Assembly (NCBI GenBank): GCA_050084985.1
Contig: JBITNC010000001.1
Location: forward strand, 28,768,001 to 28,832,000
Length of the DNA: 64,000 nucleotides
Direction: 5' to 3'
From: Nageia nagi
Lineage: Eukaryota > Plantae > Pinophyta
Shown: one piece after another, positions 22,816 through 37,492 of the stretch
Layout of the letters: every line of letters starts with the position of its first letter
Numbering within the stretch: position 1 is the stretch's first letter
Notes under the pieces: model-generated
What the model was told of the DNA's origin: nothing
The model's input: only the letters and a program-made list of their open reading frames with translations
The model's database searches: none
Program-made: the position numbers and the translations under genes

Positions 22816-24886
22816 TGTAGACACTTAAATTTAGCACCATATGCTACATTTGTAAAACCTAACATGTTTGTTTGATTTAGCATTTTCAAGCATATTTTGA
22901 TGATTTTGATCATATCTAATAACGATGTCAAAAATCATATATTTGCTTATCATAGTCAATTTGCAATTAATATTTGTCATATTAAATGCTTATTTATGAT
23001 AGTCACTTACTTTGAAAATCACAATTTATATTTTTCATATTTATTGCATTTCAATCATGGCTTTATACTTGGAAAATACATTAGACTTAGTCATGTTTAA
23101 TGTGTTTTCTATCATAATAACTTGAAAAATATAATTAAACTTAGTCATATTTATTTGTATTTTTTATCATTTTTACTTATTTGAAAAATACATTAGACTT
23201 AGTCATATTTAACATGTTTTCGATCATAATCACGTACTTGGAAAATACAATTAAACTTAGTCATGTTTATTTATATTTTCAATCATTTTATTTATTTGAA
23301 AAATACATTAAACTTAATCATGTATAATGTATTTTCAATCATGATCACTTATTTCAAAAATACATTAGACTTAGTCATGTTTAATGTATTTTCAATCATA
23401 ATCACTTGGAAAATACAATTAAACTTAGTCATGTTTATTTGTATTTTCTATCATTTTTTATTTATTTGGAAAATACATTAGACTTAGTCATGTTTAATGT
23501 GTTTTCTATCATAATCATTTACTTGGAAAATACAATTAGACTTAGTCATGTTCATTGATGTTTTCAATCATTTTATTTACTTGGAAAATACATTAAACTT
23601 AGTCATGTTTATTATATTTTTTATCATAATTATATACTTGAAAATTTTAGTCATGTTTATTGCATTTCAATCAAAATCATATAGAAAATATAATTGAACT
23701 TAATAATGTTTAATTATGTTTTCAATTATGTTCATTTATGGAGAAAATTACAATTAAACTTAGTCATGTTTCTTATATTTTGAACCATGCCTAATTATTG
23801 AAAAATTACAAAAATAATAATATTTTTTATGTTATTTGCAATATAGTCATAATAATTTATTTTTGAAATATTAATTAGTAGTTATCATATTGATTAAATA
23901 ATTATGTTTTGTCAAATTTGAATTTATCTTGCTTTAATGTTACTAATGTGCTTTGTTGACTATGAGCAAGAAATTAAGGAGACATGTCCCCCATTTGTCA
24001 AATCAAGCAACAACTCTTTTAAGGGGGAATATCAATTAGAAATTCAAATTAGAATAGTTGCATTTTGAAAAATATTATTTTAATCAAAGGCTCTCCTCTA
24101 CTAAGAAAATAATGATCACATCTAAGAGAAAAAATACAATTTTGAAAGAAAGATTTCATGAGTCCTTGAGAACTTGATTTTGCAAGATTCCCAGCATCAT
24201 TGTGATGAATTTGGCATCTTTGATTATATAGAAAACTTCATCAAGAATCAGAGAGGGAAATCTGGAAATATTTTTGGTCTTGAAGTAAGTAAGAAATCAA
24301 TCATTTTAAGCCTTGTTCCTCCCATCAAACCTTGGAAATACCCACTAGATATTCCCTCATCTTTTCTATGTTCTATTTATACAACAATATTATTTCATCA
24401 TATGATCATGACCTTGACTTGAATATTTCATTTTGTCTTTGTAGGTTATGAAACTCCTAGGGTCCTTACTTTTTGATAGATAAACATAGCCTCATTTTTG
24501 AAACGTTGAGGTCACTAAATTTTCAAAGACCTAAATGTTGCTAGGTTTTTTAGAAACATCCAAGATCACCATGTTTCATTACAAAGTCCTATTTGTGAAG
24601 ATTTCTAGCTCATTTCAGTATCTATTTGGTAAAATTAGGTGTCAACTATCATCATTCACATGTTTAAGTAAATAATGATGTTTTGTAACACCACCTTCAC
24701 TCATTTATGTGATATTTCATTTGAGCTCATGTTTATTTCGAAAGGATAGCTTGAGAAAGCCTCCTTAATATTTTAACTCAATCTTTCATTTAGTTGGTGC
24801 TTATAAGACATAGTCTAGCCTGCACATAATTACTTATCTATTTCAAATTTGAATGATCCTAAAAGGGGTAGTTTTTATTCAAAATA
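22816..24886 (+). repeat. Element B 3' LTR (contains the 57-bp array at ~23070-23800)
   Basis: Direct repeat of the 5' LTR, followed by TSD-like tttgg. Confidence 0.9.
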
Positions 24887-24891
24887 TTTGG

Positions 24892-27800
24892 CTAATAGAG
24901 AAAATGTAAATATCAATCAAAAGCAATGAAATGAATCTAGAGGACTTGATTCATCATCTTCGTAAAATCAAGTTCCATTCAAGGTGGAGGAAAAAGTGGA
25001 CATTCCTAATTTTGGTAGAGAGGTTGATGTAGAAAAGTTAAATAATTAGTTGAAAAAATTGGAGGTTTATTTCTAAATTCATGGTGTTGTAATTGATGTT
25101 GATAAAATCTCTTTTGGTAGATTAAATATGAATGGACATGCTTTAGTTTGGTGGGAAATCCATGTAGAAACTCTTAGTCATAAACACTTATTAGAAGTAT
25201 ATTCTTGAATGGAATTTAAGGAATTGTTAAGAGATCAATTTTATCCATTAGAACATCATAATAAATAATTGATGAAATGGTAACTCTTTAGACAATAAAG
25301 AGGGAAAATGATTCAAGAATATACTATATAATTTAGGAAACAAGTTACTTTGCTTAAGGTTTCACTAAAAGAGCCTCAAAATTTAATGAAATATATTTGA
25401 GGTTTACATAGTCATTTGTAAAAGATTATTATGTTGTTTAATCCTAGTAATATTGATCAAGTGTGTGTTTAAGCACAATACTTATAGAAGGATGGTAAAG
25501 CAATTAGACAATATGATGAATCCAAGAAGGCTTATAATTCAAGGGGATCACAAGAAAAAGGTAAATATCAAGATAAAGGAAAACGTAAGCAAGAAACTAA
25601 GACCATTAATGTTTCAAAGAAAGAAGATGATAATAGGCATTTTAGTCATTGTGATAAAAATGGTCATATTGATGATAAATGTTGGAAACTTCATCTAGAA
25701 TTACATCCATATAAGAAAAATAATAAGGAGAAAAATAATGCTATGATTCTTAGATGTGAAGTTATTGAGGGAAGTTCAAATTTTGATGAGAAACTAAATT
25801 GTTCAACCATTCAAAAGGTTGAAGAATATTAAGATATCGAAGAACAAATGATTTGTTTATTACACCTTGAAATCCAAATTAAGAAAACAAGAGTTGATTG
25901 CATTTTTTATCTAGGTTAGCAAGCATATTTGATTTCAAAATTTATGGTAAGTAATTTGGGATTGGAAACTTTCAACCATTCAAATATATATCCTTTGGGT
26001 TGGGTGTATTTCAATGCTAGTTTGCAAGTCATTAAATAATGCAAGTTAAAATTTGCTATTGATTCAAAGCACATTGATGAAGTTATGGTTGATGTTGTTC
26101 CTTTAGACATTTGTGGTATTATTATTAGTAACCCTTATATGTGGGACATAGTTGCTATTTATTACAAAATATTGAACAAATTGCAATTGGTAAAATATAG
26201 AAAAGTGTTTCTAGCTAGTGCACATAATAGTAGAAAAAAGCTACCTTTGATCACTTCTAGTCAAGTAAAATTCATTATAAATACATATAAAAATTTGTAT
26301 TGATCATAGTTAAAATCAAATATTCTAGTGAGGTGAATCTCACACTATCAACAATGTGTAACACTAATTTTAGGTTGTTAACAACATGCAAAAGGGAAGA
26401 ATAGATGCAGAAATTAGTCCAAGAGTTTACTAACTTGTTTGCATATCCATAGGCATTACCTCCCATGCAAGATATACAACATGATATTTAGTTATTACCT
26501 GATGCTTCATTGGCCAACATAACTTTGTATTGATAATCAATTTTGGAGCAAGAGGAGATAAAGAAATAGATTTAGGAGTTGGTTGATCAAGGTGTGATCA
26601 AACCAAGTACATCTCTATGTGGATCACTTGTTGTTTTGGTTTCCAAAAAGGATCAAACTTGGAGGATATGTATTGACTATAGAGCACTTAACAAAATCAC
26701 CATCAAAAATTGCTATCCTTTACCTCAAATAGATGATATTTTATATCAGTTAAAATGGACAAGATTGTTCACTAAGTTGTACTTGAGGAGTAGATATCAC
26801 CAAGTTAGAATCAAGGAGGAGGATATTTGAAAGATTACTCTCAAGACAAGACAAGGCCTATTTGAGTGGCTTGTTTTTGTCATTTGGTTTGTGCAATTAG
26901 CAGCCACATTTATGAAGGTAATGAATTATGTTCTTTTTCCATTTATTGATTCTTTTATTATTGTATACTTAAATGATATTCTTATGTATAGTTCTACTTG
27001 GGAAGAACATGGTGTACATCTTAGAAAAATGTTTGAAGCTTTGCATAGGGAGAATTTTTTATCAAAACATTCAAAATGTGAGTTTGGAAAAGAGTCTTTG
27101 GTGTATTTGTACCATTTTATTGGTCATGGACAACTTAAGATAGATCCTAGTAAATAAAGTGCTATATTAGATTTGCTAAAGCCATTTAATGTAATTGAAA
27201 GTTTATTATTAGGTGTTGTTCAATATTTGAGAAAGTTTATTGTTGGGTTTTCTCATATTGCTTTACCTTTACATAATGTAACTAGTAAGAGGTAAGTGTT
27301 CCAATGGAGAAATCAACAATAAACATATTTTGATTTGCAGAAGCCATTTGAAGTGGAGACTAATGCAAGTGACTATGCCATGGAGGCCATTTTATTACAA
27401 GAAGGTAAACCAATTTGCTATGATTTCAAAAACTTTAGAGAGGCCATTTTGAATTATCCTACCTATGATAAGAAAATGTATGTAGTGGTTTAAATTATTA
27501 CATGCTTGAAACATTACTTAATGGGTAAATAAATAGTCATTCATACTGATCATCAACCATTAAAATACTTACAAACTCAATCAAAATTGCAATAAACTAG
27601 ACACTATAAATGGATGGGTTTTCTATAATAATTTTATCTTATGATCAAGTATAAGAAAGGAACACAAAATAAGGTTGTTGACATGATTTATAGACCATCT
27701 ATACTTGCTAATTCCATGTTGTTAACAACATTCAATACTAATTTTAGACTACTAACAATATGTAAACAGGGGCTAGTGAGTTCTCTCTCAGTGTTGAAAT

Positions 27801-29270
27801 CTCTTACTTTTCTTTTTGAGTCATATTTAGAGGCATATGTGTAAGACCCTGACTTCAAAGAGGTGTATGAGAAGTTGTCTTCATCTAGATCCAAGTATGA
27901 GGGTTTAGATGATTTTCATTTGTAAAATAAACTTCTTTATCATTTTCATGCATTATATGTACCTGTATATGAAAGGATTGGATTGATTAGAGAAGCACAT
28001 AATTATAATATTGCAGGATATTTTGGGGTTTTGAAAGACATTGTACAATTTGCAAAGGTATGTATATTGGCCAAAGATACAATATCAAGTTGCCAAGTCC
28101 ATAAGGGGATGTTCTTTTTGTTGCACCAACAAGCTAATTAATAGGAAATTGAGATTGTATCAACTACTTCTAATACCTTCACATCCTTGGGAGTCTATTT
28201 CCATGGATTTTATGGGAGGATTGCCTATGAACAAGAAGAGTCATAAATATTTTTTTGTTATTATGGATAGATTTAGCAAGATGTGTGTTTTGATTCCATG
28301 TAAGAAGATAATAATAGGACAAGATGCTACAAATTTATTCTTTTCTTATGTTTGGGTTCATTTTGGATTGTCTACTTCTATTATTTCAGATAGAGAGTAG
28401 ATTTTTGGGCAAATTTTGGAATGTTTATGGAAAACTTTGGACACAAGTTTGAAGAGGAGTACTGTATTTCATCCTAAAATAGATGGAAAATTTGAGGTGG
28501 TGAATACGATAATGGTTCAACTATTAAGGAGTTATTTTGGAAAGCATCCTAAGTCTTTGAATAAATATCTTGAATATATACAACATTCATATACTAGAAA
28601 AATTTATTCTTCCATTAATAACAATCCTTTTGAAACTTGTTTTGGTTATTTACCACCTTCATGTTTTGATTGTTTGTTTGAGAAGCAAAATGATGAAGGA
28701 GATTCACTTGAGAAAGAGGAAAAGAAACCTGAAAAGTTTGTTAAAAAGATTAGGTAAATTCATTTGAAAGTCTAAGAGCAACTTCAGGCAAGCCAAGCTA
28801 AGTATAAGATGAAACATGACAAATATAGATTTGACCATAAGTTTCATGTGGGAGATCATGTTTGGTTGCATCTTAGTAAGGAGAGGTTGTAAGAATCAAC
28901 CAAGCAGTTGAAAACTATAAGGTATGAACCATTTAAGATTATGAAGCAAATAAGTGATAATGCTTTTAGATTAAATATACTAGCATATATGAACATATAT
29001 TTAGTTGTGAATGTGGAACATTTGAAATTGTATGATCCATCTATGTTGACTAAATATGAAGAAATTTCAAATCAAATTTTTTCATCTCATGATGACATAG
29101 TTCCTAATACTATGGATGAACTCTAAGAGGATTCTATATTACAAATGAAGGTTTATGCTACAAGAAGAGGTGAGACAAAGTTATAGTTGGTTGGATTGAG
29201 GTGACATAATTCCTGAAAGCTAAGTGGATGGAAACGTCCAAGGTTGGGTAGTTGTATCCTTATTTATGCA
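24892..29270 (+). pseudogene. Element A gag-pol (gag, zinc knuckle, protease, RT, RNase H, integrase, chromodomain-like tail), decayed; the gag N-terminus lies at ~7600-7748
   Basis: KVDIPNFGREVDVEKLNN*LKKLEVYF (gag), HCDKNGHIDDKCW (CCHC), WRICIDYRALNKITIKNCYPLPQIDD and IVYLNDILMYS (RT), PFEVETNASDYA (RH), HPWESISMDFMGGLP..SIISDR (INT), TRRGETKL*LVGLR..AKW (C-terminal module). Confidence 0.93.
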
Positions 29271-29296
29271 TTTGTGGGACCAAATACATTCTCATT

Positions 29297-29305
29297 GGGG
29301 AGGTG
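29297..29305 (+). promoter_or_regulatory. Element A polypurine tract
   Basis: ggggaggtg directly before the 3' LTR TG. Confidence 0.75.
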
Positions 29306-30032
29306 TGATCCAGATTGGATCATGTTAGGTTGATATTTGCAAGAGTAGTACTCATTCTAAAGGTATCTATGCTTGGATACTTAATAAAGACCAAAATATG
29401 GAGGTGATTGGTGATAGAAACCATGCCATTAATAGCATGCATCTAATATTTTTGGGCCATTAACAACATGTGACTTGATGAGTTAGCAGTGGAAGCTAAA
29501 GGGGCATCGATGATTTAGAAAGTTGAGTGATTAAGGATCATCAACCAATGTTTTGGAGATGTTTCCAAGTTTTTTTAAAGGCATGTTCCTCTATTGATTC
29601 TACAATGGAATTTTAGAGAGTTTTTAGGTTTTAATATTGTAAAAATTTGAAGGAAGGCAAAGAGTCATTCCAAACATTTTGTATTTTAGAAGTTGCTCGT
29701 TTTACTATAGGAGATTACAGTAATATTATAGGAGATGGTATTACCATAATTTTGATGGTATTTCTCTATATGTATGAAATATTATAATATCAATAGATAA
29801 TGAGAAGAGAAGGCTTCAATTCCATGCTAGATTAGCCAACAATGGGTGAACTAGGGTAAATCATTGTGTTGATCTTGTTGTGTTTGTTTGAGATTGTTAG
29901 TTTGTAGTTTTACATTATGCAATTTCAATTTCAAATGAAATTTGATGGATATCATAATGATGAATGTTTATTAATTCAAATATATAAGTGAAGTTATGAG
30001 TATGGTATAAGAATTCGATGATTACAAATTAG
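29306..30032 (+). repeat. Element A 3' LTR
   Basis: Direct repeat of 6766-7485. The end is slightly eroded (tgattacaaattag versus tgattatagattgca). Confidence 0.88.
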
Positions 30033-32392
30033 AAAAGCAAAAGGAAATCCAAGGAATTTAAACATTTCTCGATCCTAAATCCATTTCTAGGTAAATTGAG
30101 CAAGCCAATTAGGGATGGGGCACATGGATTATTTGTAGAAAGAAGTTTTTTTCCACTATATATTTGAACCATAGGTAAGATAAAAAGTGTCTAAGCATTT
30201 CAAGGAAGTTTTAATAGATTTTTCATCCTATTGCAAAGTGAGAAATGAGTCATCAACAAAATGGCCATTCAAAAGTTGCATTGGAGAATTAGGGAGGGAT
30301 ATGCCTCGAATAAGACCTTGAGAGGTTTGATGGTCTAAATGATAACTAAAAGCTTCTACAACTAGGATAAATAAGGAGGGAGAAAGAGGAAAACCTTGGT
30401 GAATAGGGTGAGCAAGGTAAATACTTTCAAATTGAGAACCATTCATTATAATCATAATAGAAATATCCATAAAAAGCATCTTAATAGAGGAGAAAAAAGG
30501 ATCAAAGCTAAGAGCTATAAGAATAGTAGTGATAAAATACCATTCAAACAATTAATAGGGCTTTTCAAAATAAATCTTTATAAATAAAACATCTTGATCT
30601 AAAGAACGAGCCCACTCCGTAACTTCCCAAACAATAATGATATTATCTAAAATATATTTGCCTATAACAAACCCTATTTATTATGGATGAATGATCAAAG
30701 GTAAAAGAGATCGAAGCTTAAGGGATAAAGCCTTGAAAATAACATAACAATCCTATAGGGCTTGCTAATGAGATGGGGAGAGAGGTTAGAAAGAAAAGCC
30801 TTTTGATAATGAGCAACAAAGGTGGAGATAATATTAGGAAGGGAGGTGAGACAAAATCAATCAAATTGAATAATAATGAATTGAGACACATGAATAGGAG
30901 GATGAAGGCATCTAAAGAATTCTTTAGAAATTTTATCCCCAACATTAAGCCAATTAATACAGGCATGATGTTGGGCATCCTTAGCCTCATAAAGATTAGC
31001 TTTATAATTTTAATGATGAAGGGCTACCACATGTGCTTAAGAAGGGACAAAAAAAGGATTAGCTTCAAGAATATAGGTGGCCTAAACAAGCTCAAATTTG
31101 AGGATCTTATTAGACTTCCACCTTTGTTTAGTAAACTCAAAACCAAGGGTATGAAGAACCTTAGTAGTATGAAGGATAGAGTTGTTCCACCACTAGATCA
31201 AACCAAAATAACTAGAGGGTCTTGAAATTAAATTTCAAATATGATTGGTATGAGCTCTCATAGAGTGAGAATATAAATAAGAGGTATTCAAGTAAAATTG
31301 AGAGCTGAAAACTTAGATAGGATCCTAATAAGAGGAAATAGAAAATAGAATAGGAGCATGATGAGACAAGGTTATATCAAGGACCATAAAAACAAAAGGA
31401 AGGGTAGGGAAAGTCTATCAAAGTGAAAAAAATTCAATCTTAGATGGCATAGCCTTATCAAGCCTTTTAAGAACTTAGGCAAACTTAGCTTGGAAGTTAA
31501 ACCAAATAAACCAATGAGCCTTTAAAAAATAAAAAGAAGAAAAGATGGCATTGGGATCAAATAGACTAAGCTTATTTTTCATAAAAATCCAAGTTTATCT
31601 TTCCTCTAGATATCACCAAATGGGGTTTCAACTTTTCTTATCAAAAGGTTTTTCCACCATGTTAAAGTCATCGCAAAGGACCCATATCATAAAGGGAAGA
31701 GAGATAGAAATCCATCACCATAAATATCTTCTATCATAAACATCATTTTAAACATAAATATTAATGATACCAAAAGGCTTTCTTGATATTTTGAGCAACA
31801 CCCATATGGCTTGATGTGAAGGGTCAGTCCCCTAAGAAACCACATTTGATTTCCACTTGGGAGAAATGAAAGTGATAGCACCACATTTCATAATCAAATT
31901 ATTGGTATGAAAAAAAGGGCCCCATGGTGAAAGAAAAGAGTTAGCACATTACATAATAAAATTAGTAATTTTAACTTCTTGTAAATAAATAAAATTAGGC
32001 ATTCCATAAGAGTGAGTGATATCATCAAGCTCACCTTGGACCTTGTATTTTAAGGTTGGGTTCATCAAACCTCTTACATTATAAGAAAATCAAATAATTG
32101 AGAACCATTATAGTTAAGAAGCTCCATGGCATCCTTTGAATCCCACATAATTTGCAAAAACTCAAAAGAGTTGCTTGTACCTTATGAAGCTCCCACCTAG
32201 TGGCATTTTTCAATAGGACCAAAAGGAATATCTCTTTACAGACTATGTGATTGATGAAGTTTTCCTCCCAAACTATCCTCTATCCCAAGAATAGGAGGAG
32301 GTGTAGCCATGATGCAAACAAGGGACCAAACCAAATAGAGCTAAGTAGAGGGTCATAAGCTAAAAATGGGATAGAAAATGAAGTCAAGGTGA
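30033..32392 (-). mobile_element. L1-1 LINE, middle segment: ORF1 C-terminus, APE endonuclease and RT of ORF2 (start ~32108)
   Basis: SYNVRGLMNP..FIYLQEVKI and CDDFNMV (endonuclease), YILDNII..IKIYFEKPY and HQGFPLSPSLFILVVEAF..HFVDDSFL (RT). The RT N-terminal part appears deleted near 30750. Confidence 0.9.
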
Positions 32393-33565
32393 TGTAAACA
32401 CCCTAAAAATGCATTTTGTATTATTTACATAGCTATGTTGATATTTATAGAATTTATCATGTATAATACTATCATGTTTGACTAAGATGTGTTTGCAATG
32501 CTTTTGACTAGATCAATTGAATCTATTTCAGCCTTTAAGTTATTTCTAACATATTACTTTCAATTGTTAGGATGACTTGCTAGTCACCCAGATGATCCTA
32601 CAAGTTACACAATCATCTGAATGATCCTATATGAGGTTTATAAAAGTTAATTGGGCTCATATTTTGAGAATCTTCTTGCATTTACATACTTTTCATGAAC
32701 TCTATGAATTCTACAATTTATTGTATGCATCCGTATCTATGACATCAATTTGCAAAGGACCACATCAAGACTTGAACTTATCTCTTCACACCTTGAGAAC
32801 ACTTCCCCATGACACATGGATTGAAGTATCTTTTCGTCATTTAAGGTTGCTTAGGCTATTAATAGTGGATTTCATGGGTATTTATATATTTGAATCTTTA
32901 AATCATATTCAATTGAATACTAGTATCCTTGATTAAATTATATAGTTATAATTATGTGTCATATAGGCATCTTTAGGCAAATTTCATATTTAGGGTTTCA
33001 AACTAGGGTTTGAACTCTAAGGTCCAAACCTTAGGGTTTGAAATATTTTTGTTGTCTCATTAACATTTTATTATTTATATCTATTATTTATAGCATTAAA
33101 TTCATTGTCATTATTACCATATTTGAGCATTTGACTAGATCTTTAAGAATACATAGTATTTATAAAATCTTTATCATAGAATTGTCATTTATCTTTGTCT
33201 ACTAATCTTGTATAAGCATTTTTCCATAGTCTATATGTTTAAATCATATTTGCCTCATAGGCATTGTAATATTTTCTATCATCCAATTGATTATGGACAA
33301 GGATACTTACAACCTTTTTGAGTTGGAGTTTCACTTCACTTGGATAATCACAAGGTCTAAAGGACTTGTGATTTGAAGTCTTCATTAATCTTTATATTTT
33401 CTTTTTAGGTCTAGATATCACATTGCACTATTAAAGCATAAAGGAAAAGCTATAAACCCTATCTTGTCAATACATATCATAATAAAATTAGGTGGAATGT
33501 ATTAAGATTCTTGGTGTTTCTTATGAATGTTGTGAGTCATTTAGGTAAGTATTTTGATTGATTCA
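32393..33565 (+). repeat. Element C 5' LTR (~1.17 kb)
   Basis: tgtaaacaccctaaaaatgc...gattgattca is a direct repeat of 57507-58655. Track ORFs 32631 and 57797 are mutually similar. Confidence 0.9.
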
Positions 33566-33569
33566 TAGA

Positions 33570-33587
33570 TGGTAATCATGGTGGGAC
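33570..33587 (+). promoter_or_regulatory. Element C primer-binding site (tRNA-Arg type, decayed)
   Basis: tggtaatcatggtgggac, 4 nt after the LTR end. Confidence 0.6.
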
Positions 33588-35107
33588 ATTACTGGTCTTA
33601 GACCCCAAAAAAAGGGAGGATTCCCAAAGCCTTTACCTTATTTTTAGTGGTTTTAGCTTGTAAACATTTCTTGCATTTCAAAGAATTCCTAAGACTAATG
33701 TTTTGTGAAACTTGTGGGATACCTTATAGGACAGGGACAAAACTAGACCTACAAACCTCAAAGGTCTACTATTAGCATAGAGTAAATCACCCATCTAAAA
33801 GCTAATTTTGACTATAAATCATCCTCATGTAGCATGATTTTGGTAGTCATCATACTAATGGATGATTTTATCTATAGATCTATTTTTAGTGCTATTTTTT
33901 AATTCTTGCATTAGATCACATCTATAGTAGGGAAAGTAATCCACTATCAGGTTTGTAAAAATTTGGGTGTCCTTGTCATAGGACATGTCTTTTTACCCTT
34001 ATTATAGGTTTTTATTATAGATTAATTTTCAACTTTAAATTTTTATCTTTGAGTGCATTGTGGTCATTCAAAAAACTTCTAATCGCTTGAATGATTGCTA
34101 CTATTCCCATAGTCATCACTGTAGTGGATGATTATATGGAAAAGCTTTGTAATCATCATTTAGTCAACCAACAAGGAGCAAGAAGGAATGTTCTTAAGAT
34201 GGGTTAGTCTTTGAATTTCTTTCTATATCTGGTCCATGTTGTTTGATTGCTCTTTTCATATAGGATTGCCATCTCTGTTTAGTGAAATTTGCATTACATT
34301 TTGGGAGGAGTGGTGCATACACTTAGAAATTTCCTTTGGTGATTAAAACTTACAATCTTAAACAAGGGTTTTATTTCTATTTTGTGGACTCTATTAATTT
34401 CTTGGTTCATAAGAATAATTACTATCTTTGCATTATTTTTTATTTGAAAAGAAAAGAAAACATTTTTGTTACTTTAGCATATTTGGGTGGGAGTGCCTTA
34501 GACTTTGTTTTGAAAAGCAAATATTTGGGAGGTGTAATCATATTGCACTATCATCCTAGGATTGCACCTCATATTTTCTTATTTTAATAAAGTCCATCAC
34601 AAGCCTAGGGTATGTAGAAGTGATTCCCACATCCTAACCCATGCTTGGATTTCATCACCAACATGGGAGCCCCCTATTAATGAGGACTTCCAATAGTGGT
34701 ACCTGAGATACCCTTGGAAAATGATTCAACCCTATTAGATTATGCCTTACCCTTTAAACACTTTACTAGAATCATCTCTTGAAAAACTAAAAAAGATTCA
34801 AAATTTACAATTGCATTTAAAATTTATCTCACTAAAAAGATAACATCTCAAATTGAACAAGAAGCAACTAAATAAGATAAATACCATTGCTATCTATCAC
34901 CATTGCTTCTTATCATTTAGACCTATCTTTGAAGTGATCATTTAGGTTGTTTGATGTTAATTGAATCTACATTAAATAATATCCTTAACAAAATTCTAGG
35001 CTCTTTGTTAGATGATTTATTTCTTTAACACTATTTCATTTCATATTGGTACCTTTTAGATTTTGTTTAGAGCTCTTGTTTGATCCATTTATCCCATGTT
35101 TGTCATC

Positions 35108-37492
35108 ATGTCTTGTACACCCTCCAAGGATGAAAATCCTTGGTATTCTCATATGGTTGAAAGTAGACATTAGTGTAGGGCTAGAGAGTTAGAGGAAGAG
35201 GAACACAATAAATAAGTAAATAAATCAAATCCTCTTCCACCCTTGCATGTGTCTCGTAGTAGGTCACTACCTCCCACCATTCTCCCCTATGTGAGCCTAC
35301 TCAAGCACTAACTCATATTTCCTTTAGTCAGACCTTAGAGAGGTTTTGTATCCTTAAGGCCACCCCTAGGTAGGAGGGGTAAGATCATATGATTCCTTAT
35401 AGGGCTAGCTTGTCTAGGATAGAGAGCCATTTATCTTCTAAGAGAGCTACATTGCAACATTAGGTAGATCCCTCTCAGGCTAATCCTTATCCTATACTAC
35501 AACATGACTTAGAGAATCATGTGCCTAGGCCTAGATGTAGTTCTACCCATATTCTTATTTATCTACTAGGTCATGTATATCCCCATGTGAGATATTTTTG
35601 AGTGATCCTATGGTTCAAACCCTATATAGAGAGTTTTATGAGGCTTAGTGTTGTCCCTCAGATGCTCTTGATAGCGAACCTTCACCCCAATTATCAAGGT
35701 AACCTATCTTAGGGTATTTTTGTATGATGAAAAGACATCGAATGGTCATATAGAGGATGCATCTTATCTCTTATTACTAGGTCACATCCCCTCCACTTAG
35801 CCACATGATACATAGTTGATGAGCCTCTTGAGATTTCATATCATGAGTCCTTGTTACATCCTAGGAGACCTCCATATATCGGTGCATCACATAATCAATC
35901 CCTTTTTTTCCCTAGACTAGCTATGTTTAGGTAATCACATGGTTCCTTAGGCCCTCCTCTAGGTGGACCACCTAGACCTCCACCTATGCATCCTATTAGT
36001 TCTAAGCTACATGTTCTTACCTTTCATAGGACTCATCCATCTCATCTTGGTGATTGGGTTGGATATTACTACAATGATACACATATTATGAACCAACCCA
36101 AGAGTCAACATACATTTCATCTTGTGCATGATCCTGATCTTGTTCATCATGTTAGTTCTCATCTTGTTCATCCTACCATACCTCATATTCTCATGTCTCA
36201 CTTGTAACCCATTGTACCACCTAGAGCTTAATTAGGGTATGGGTCTTATTCACACCTAATCGATCCACCACCATAACCACATTATTCTTCTTCTTCTCAT
36301 ATGGTGGTTCATTCTCAGTAGGTATACTTATACCATCCTATAGATCCTCATCACACATGTACCCATCCTATATCCCTCGTACCCCATCACGATCTTAGGT
36401 ATAATGAATTGTCTCATCATGCCCAAGCCTCTTTGATTGGACCATCTTGATTTTGGAGTTATCATGAGTTGCAACATTCATAGAATAGAGGGGTTTATAA
36501 TCAAAACCTCTCAAACCTTGGACCTAAGGTAACATTGGATACATGATCTTATGGGCATTCACATGGGCTAGATCAAGATCAGTCTAATGATGACCAATAT
36601 GACTAGTATGATGATCAACCTATCATTATAGTTTCAAAATAATAGGATATGGTTAGTATGCAACCTATCATAGTAAATGATGAGATTTTAAAGAGGTTGA
36701 AAGACATGGAGCTTAGAGTTAATGAGCATGGAAAGGCCAAGTTGTCATACACTTCTATTTGTAATGAGCCTATTCACCCAAGTGTATAAACAAAAATATT
36801 TCATTATAAATTTGAGATACCAAAAATAGATAAGTTCAGAAGAAAGAAATATCCTAGAGAGAACCTTAGATAGCTTTAGTACTCATGTTACATCATTAGT
36901 AATGACAATATACTCATGCTTAGGACCTTCCCCATAACACTTGTAGGCCAAGCTTTGCATTGGTATAATAATCTCTCATAGCATAGCATTTATTACTTTG
37001 AGTAGTTGGTTGATAAGTTATTTAATCATTTTGCCATCAATATACATAAACATCCATTACTAACTTGGGTAAACTTTCACAGTTTGAGGACATGTCTATT
37101 TCAAATTATGTACGTAGGTGGAAAGCCATTTTCATATATATGTTCTATACTTTTCCATAAGAAGAATTGGTCAAGTTGTTCTCTTGAAGTTGTAATAAAC
37201 ATATCTCTTATATCCTTCAAATTCAATAACATCACACCTTTGAGGAGGCGTTATCTCAAGCTAAGTTAATAGAAGAGGCTAAGATTCAAGATGGTAAGAT
37301 TAAACTAAGAAAGAAAGAGAACAAAAATATGAAGTACCACAATAATGGAAATAATCATAGTACTTCATATCAAAAGATGCAAAGTAATCAAGTGTCTCAT
37401 GAGGTTCCTTAGACATAGCCAATAATATAGTTGGCTCTGCCATGACCACCTAGGGCCAATCCACCTTTGCAATCACAAGCTCAAGAAAGACC
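35108..37492 (+). pseudogene. Element C gag (Pro/His-rich N-terminus plus retrotransposon gag domain), interrupted by D
   Basis: KFEIPKIDKFRRKKYPRENLR..ILMLRTFPITLVGQALHWYNNL..F (36808-37050). The start position is approximate. Confidence 0.8.

Larger units (their letters stand above)
7749..24886 (+). mobile_element. Element B: non-autonomous (LARD-like) Tat/Ogre-type LTR element with ~2.1-kb LTRs
   Basis: LTRs at 7749-15001 (interrupted by L1-2) and 22816-24886 both start tgtagacac and end aaaata. TSD gttgg/tttgg, Arg-type PBS at 15005 and PPT aaaaaggggc at 22800. No recognisable RT or RH inside. Confidence 0.88.
6766..30032 (+). mobile_element. Element A: decayed Ty3/Gypsy LTR retrotransposon, chromovirus-like (CRM-like), with element B nested in gag
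   Basis: Paired LTRs 6766-7485 and 29306-~30032, a Met-type PBS, a PPT, domain order gag-PR-RT-RH-INT and a probable TSD aaaaa/aaaag. The flanks rejoin as L1 ORF2. Confidence 0.92.

Noticed and set aside
30773-31225. 150-aa plus-strand ORF (also 12025-12324, 10592-10855 and 63106-63369)
   Set aside because: These are antisense shadows of L1 or gag-protease coding sequence on the opposite strand.
32631-32936. Duplicated ORF pair (32631-32936 and 57797-58051) suggesting a gene duplication
   Set aside because: Both lie within the two LTRs of element C, so the similarity reflects LTR identity and there is no independent coding evidence.
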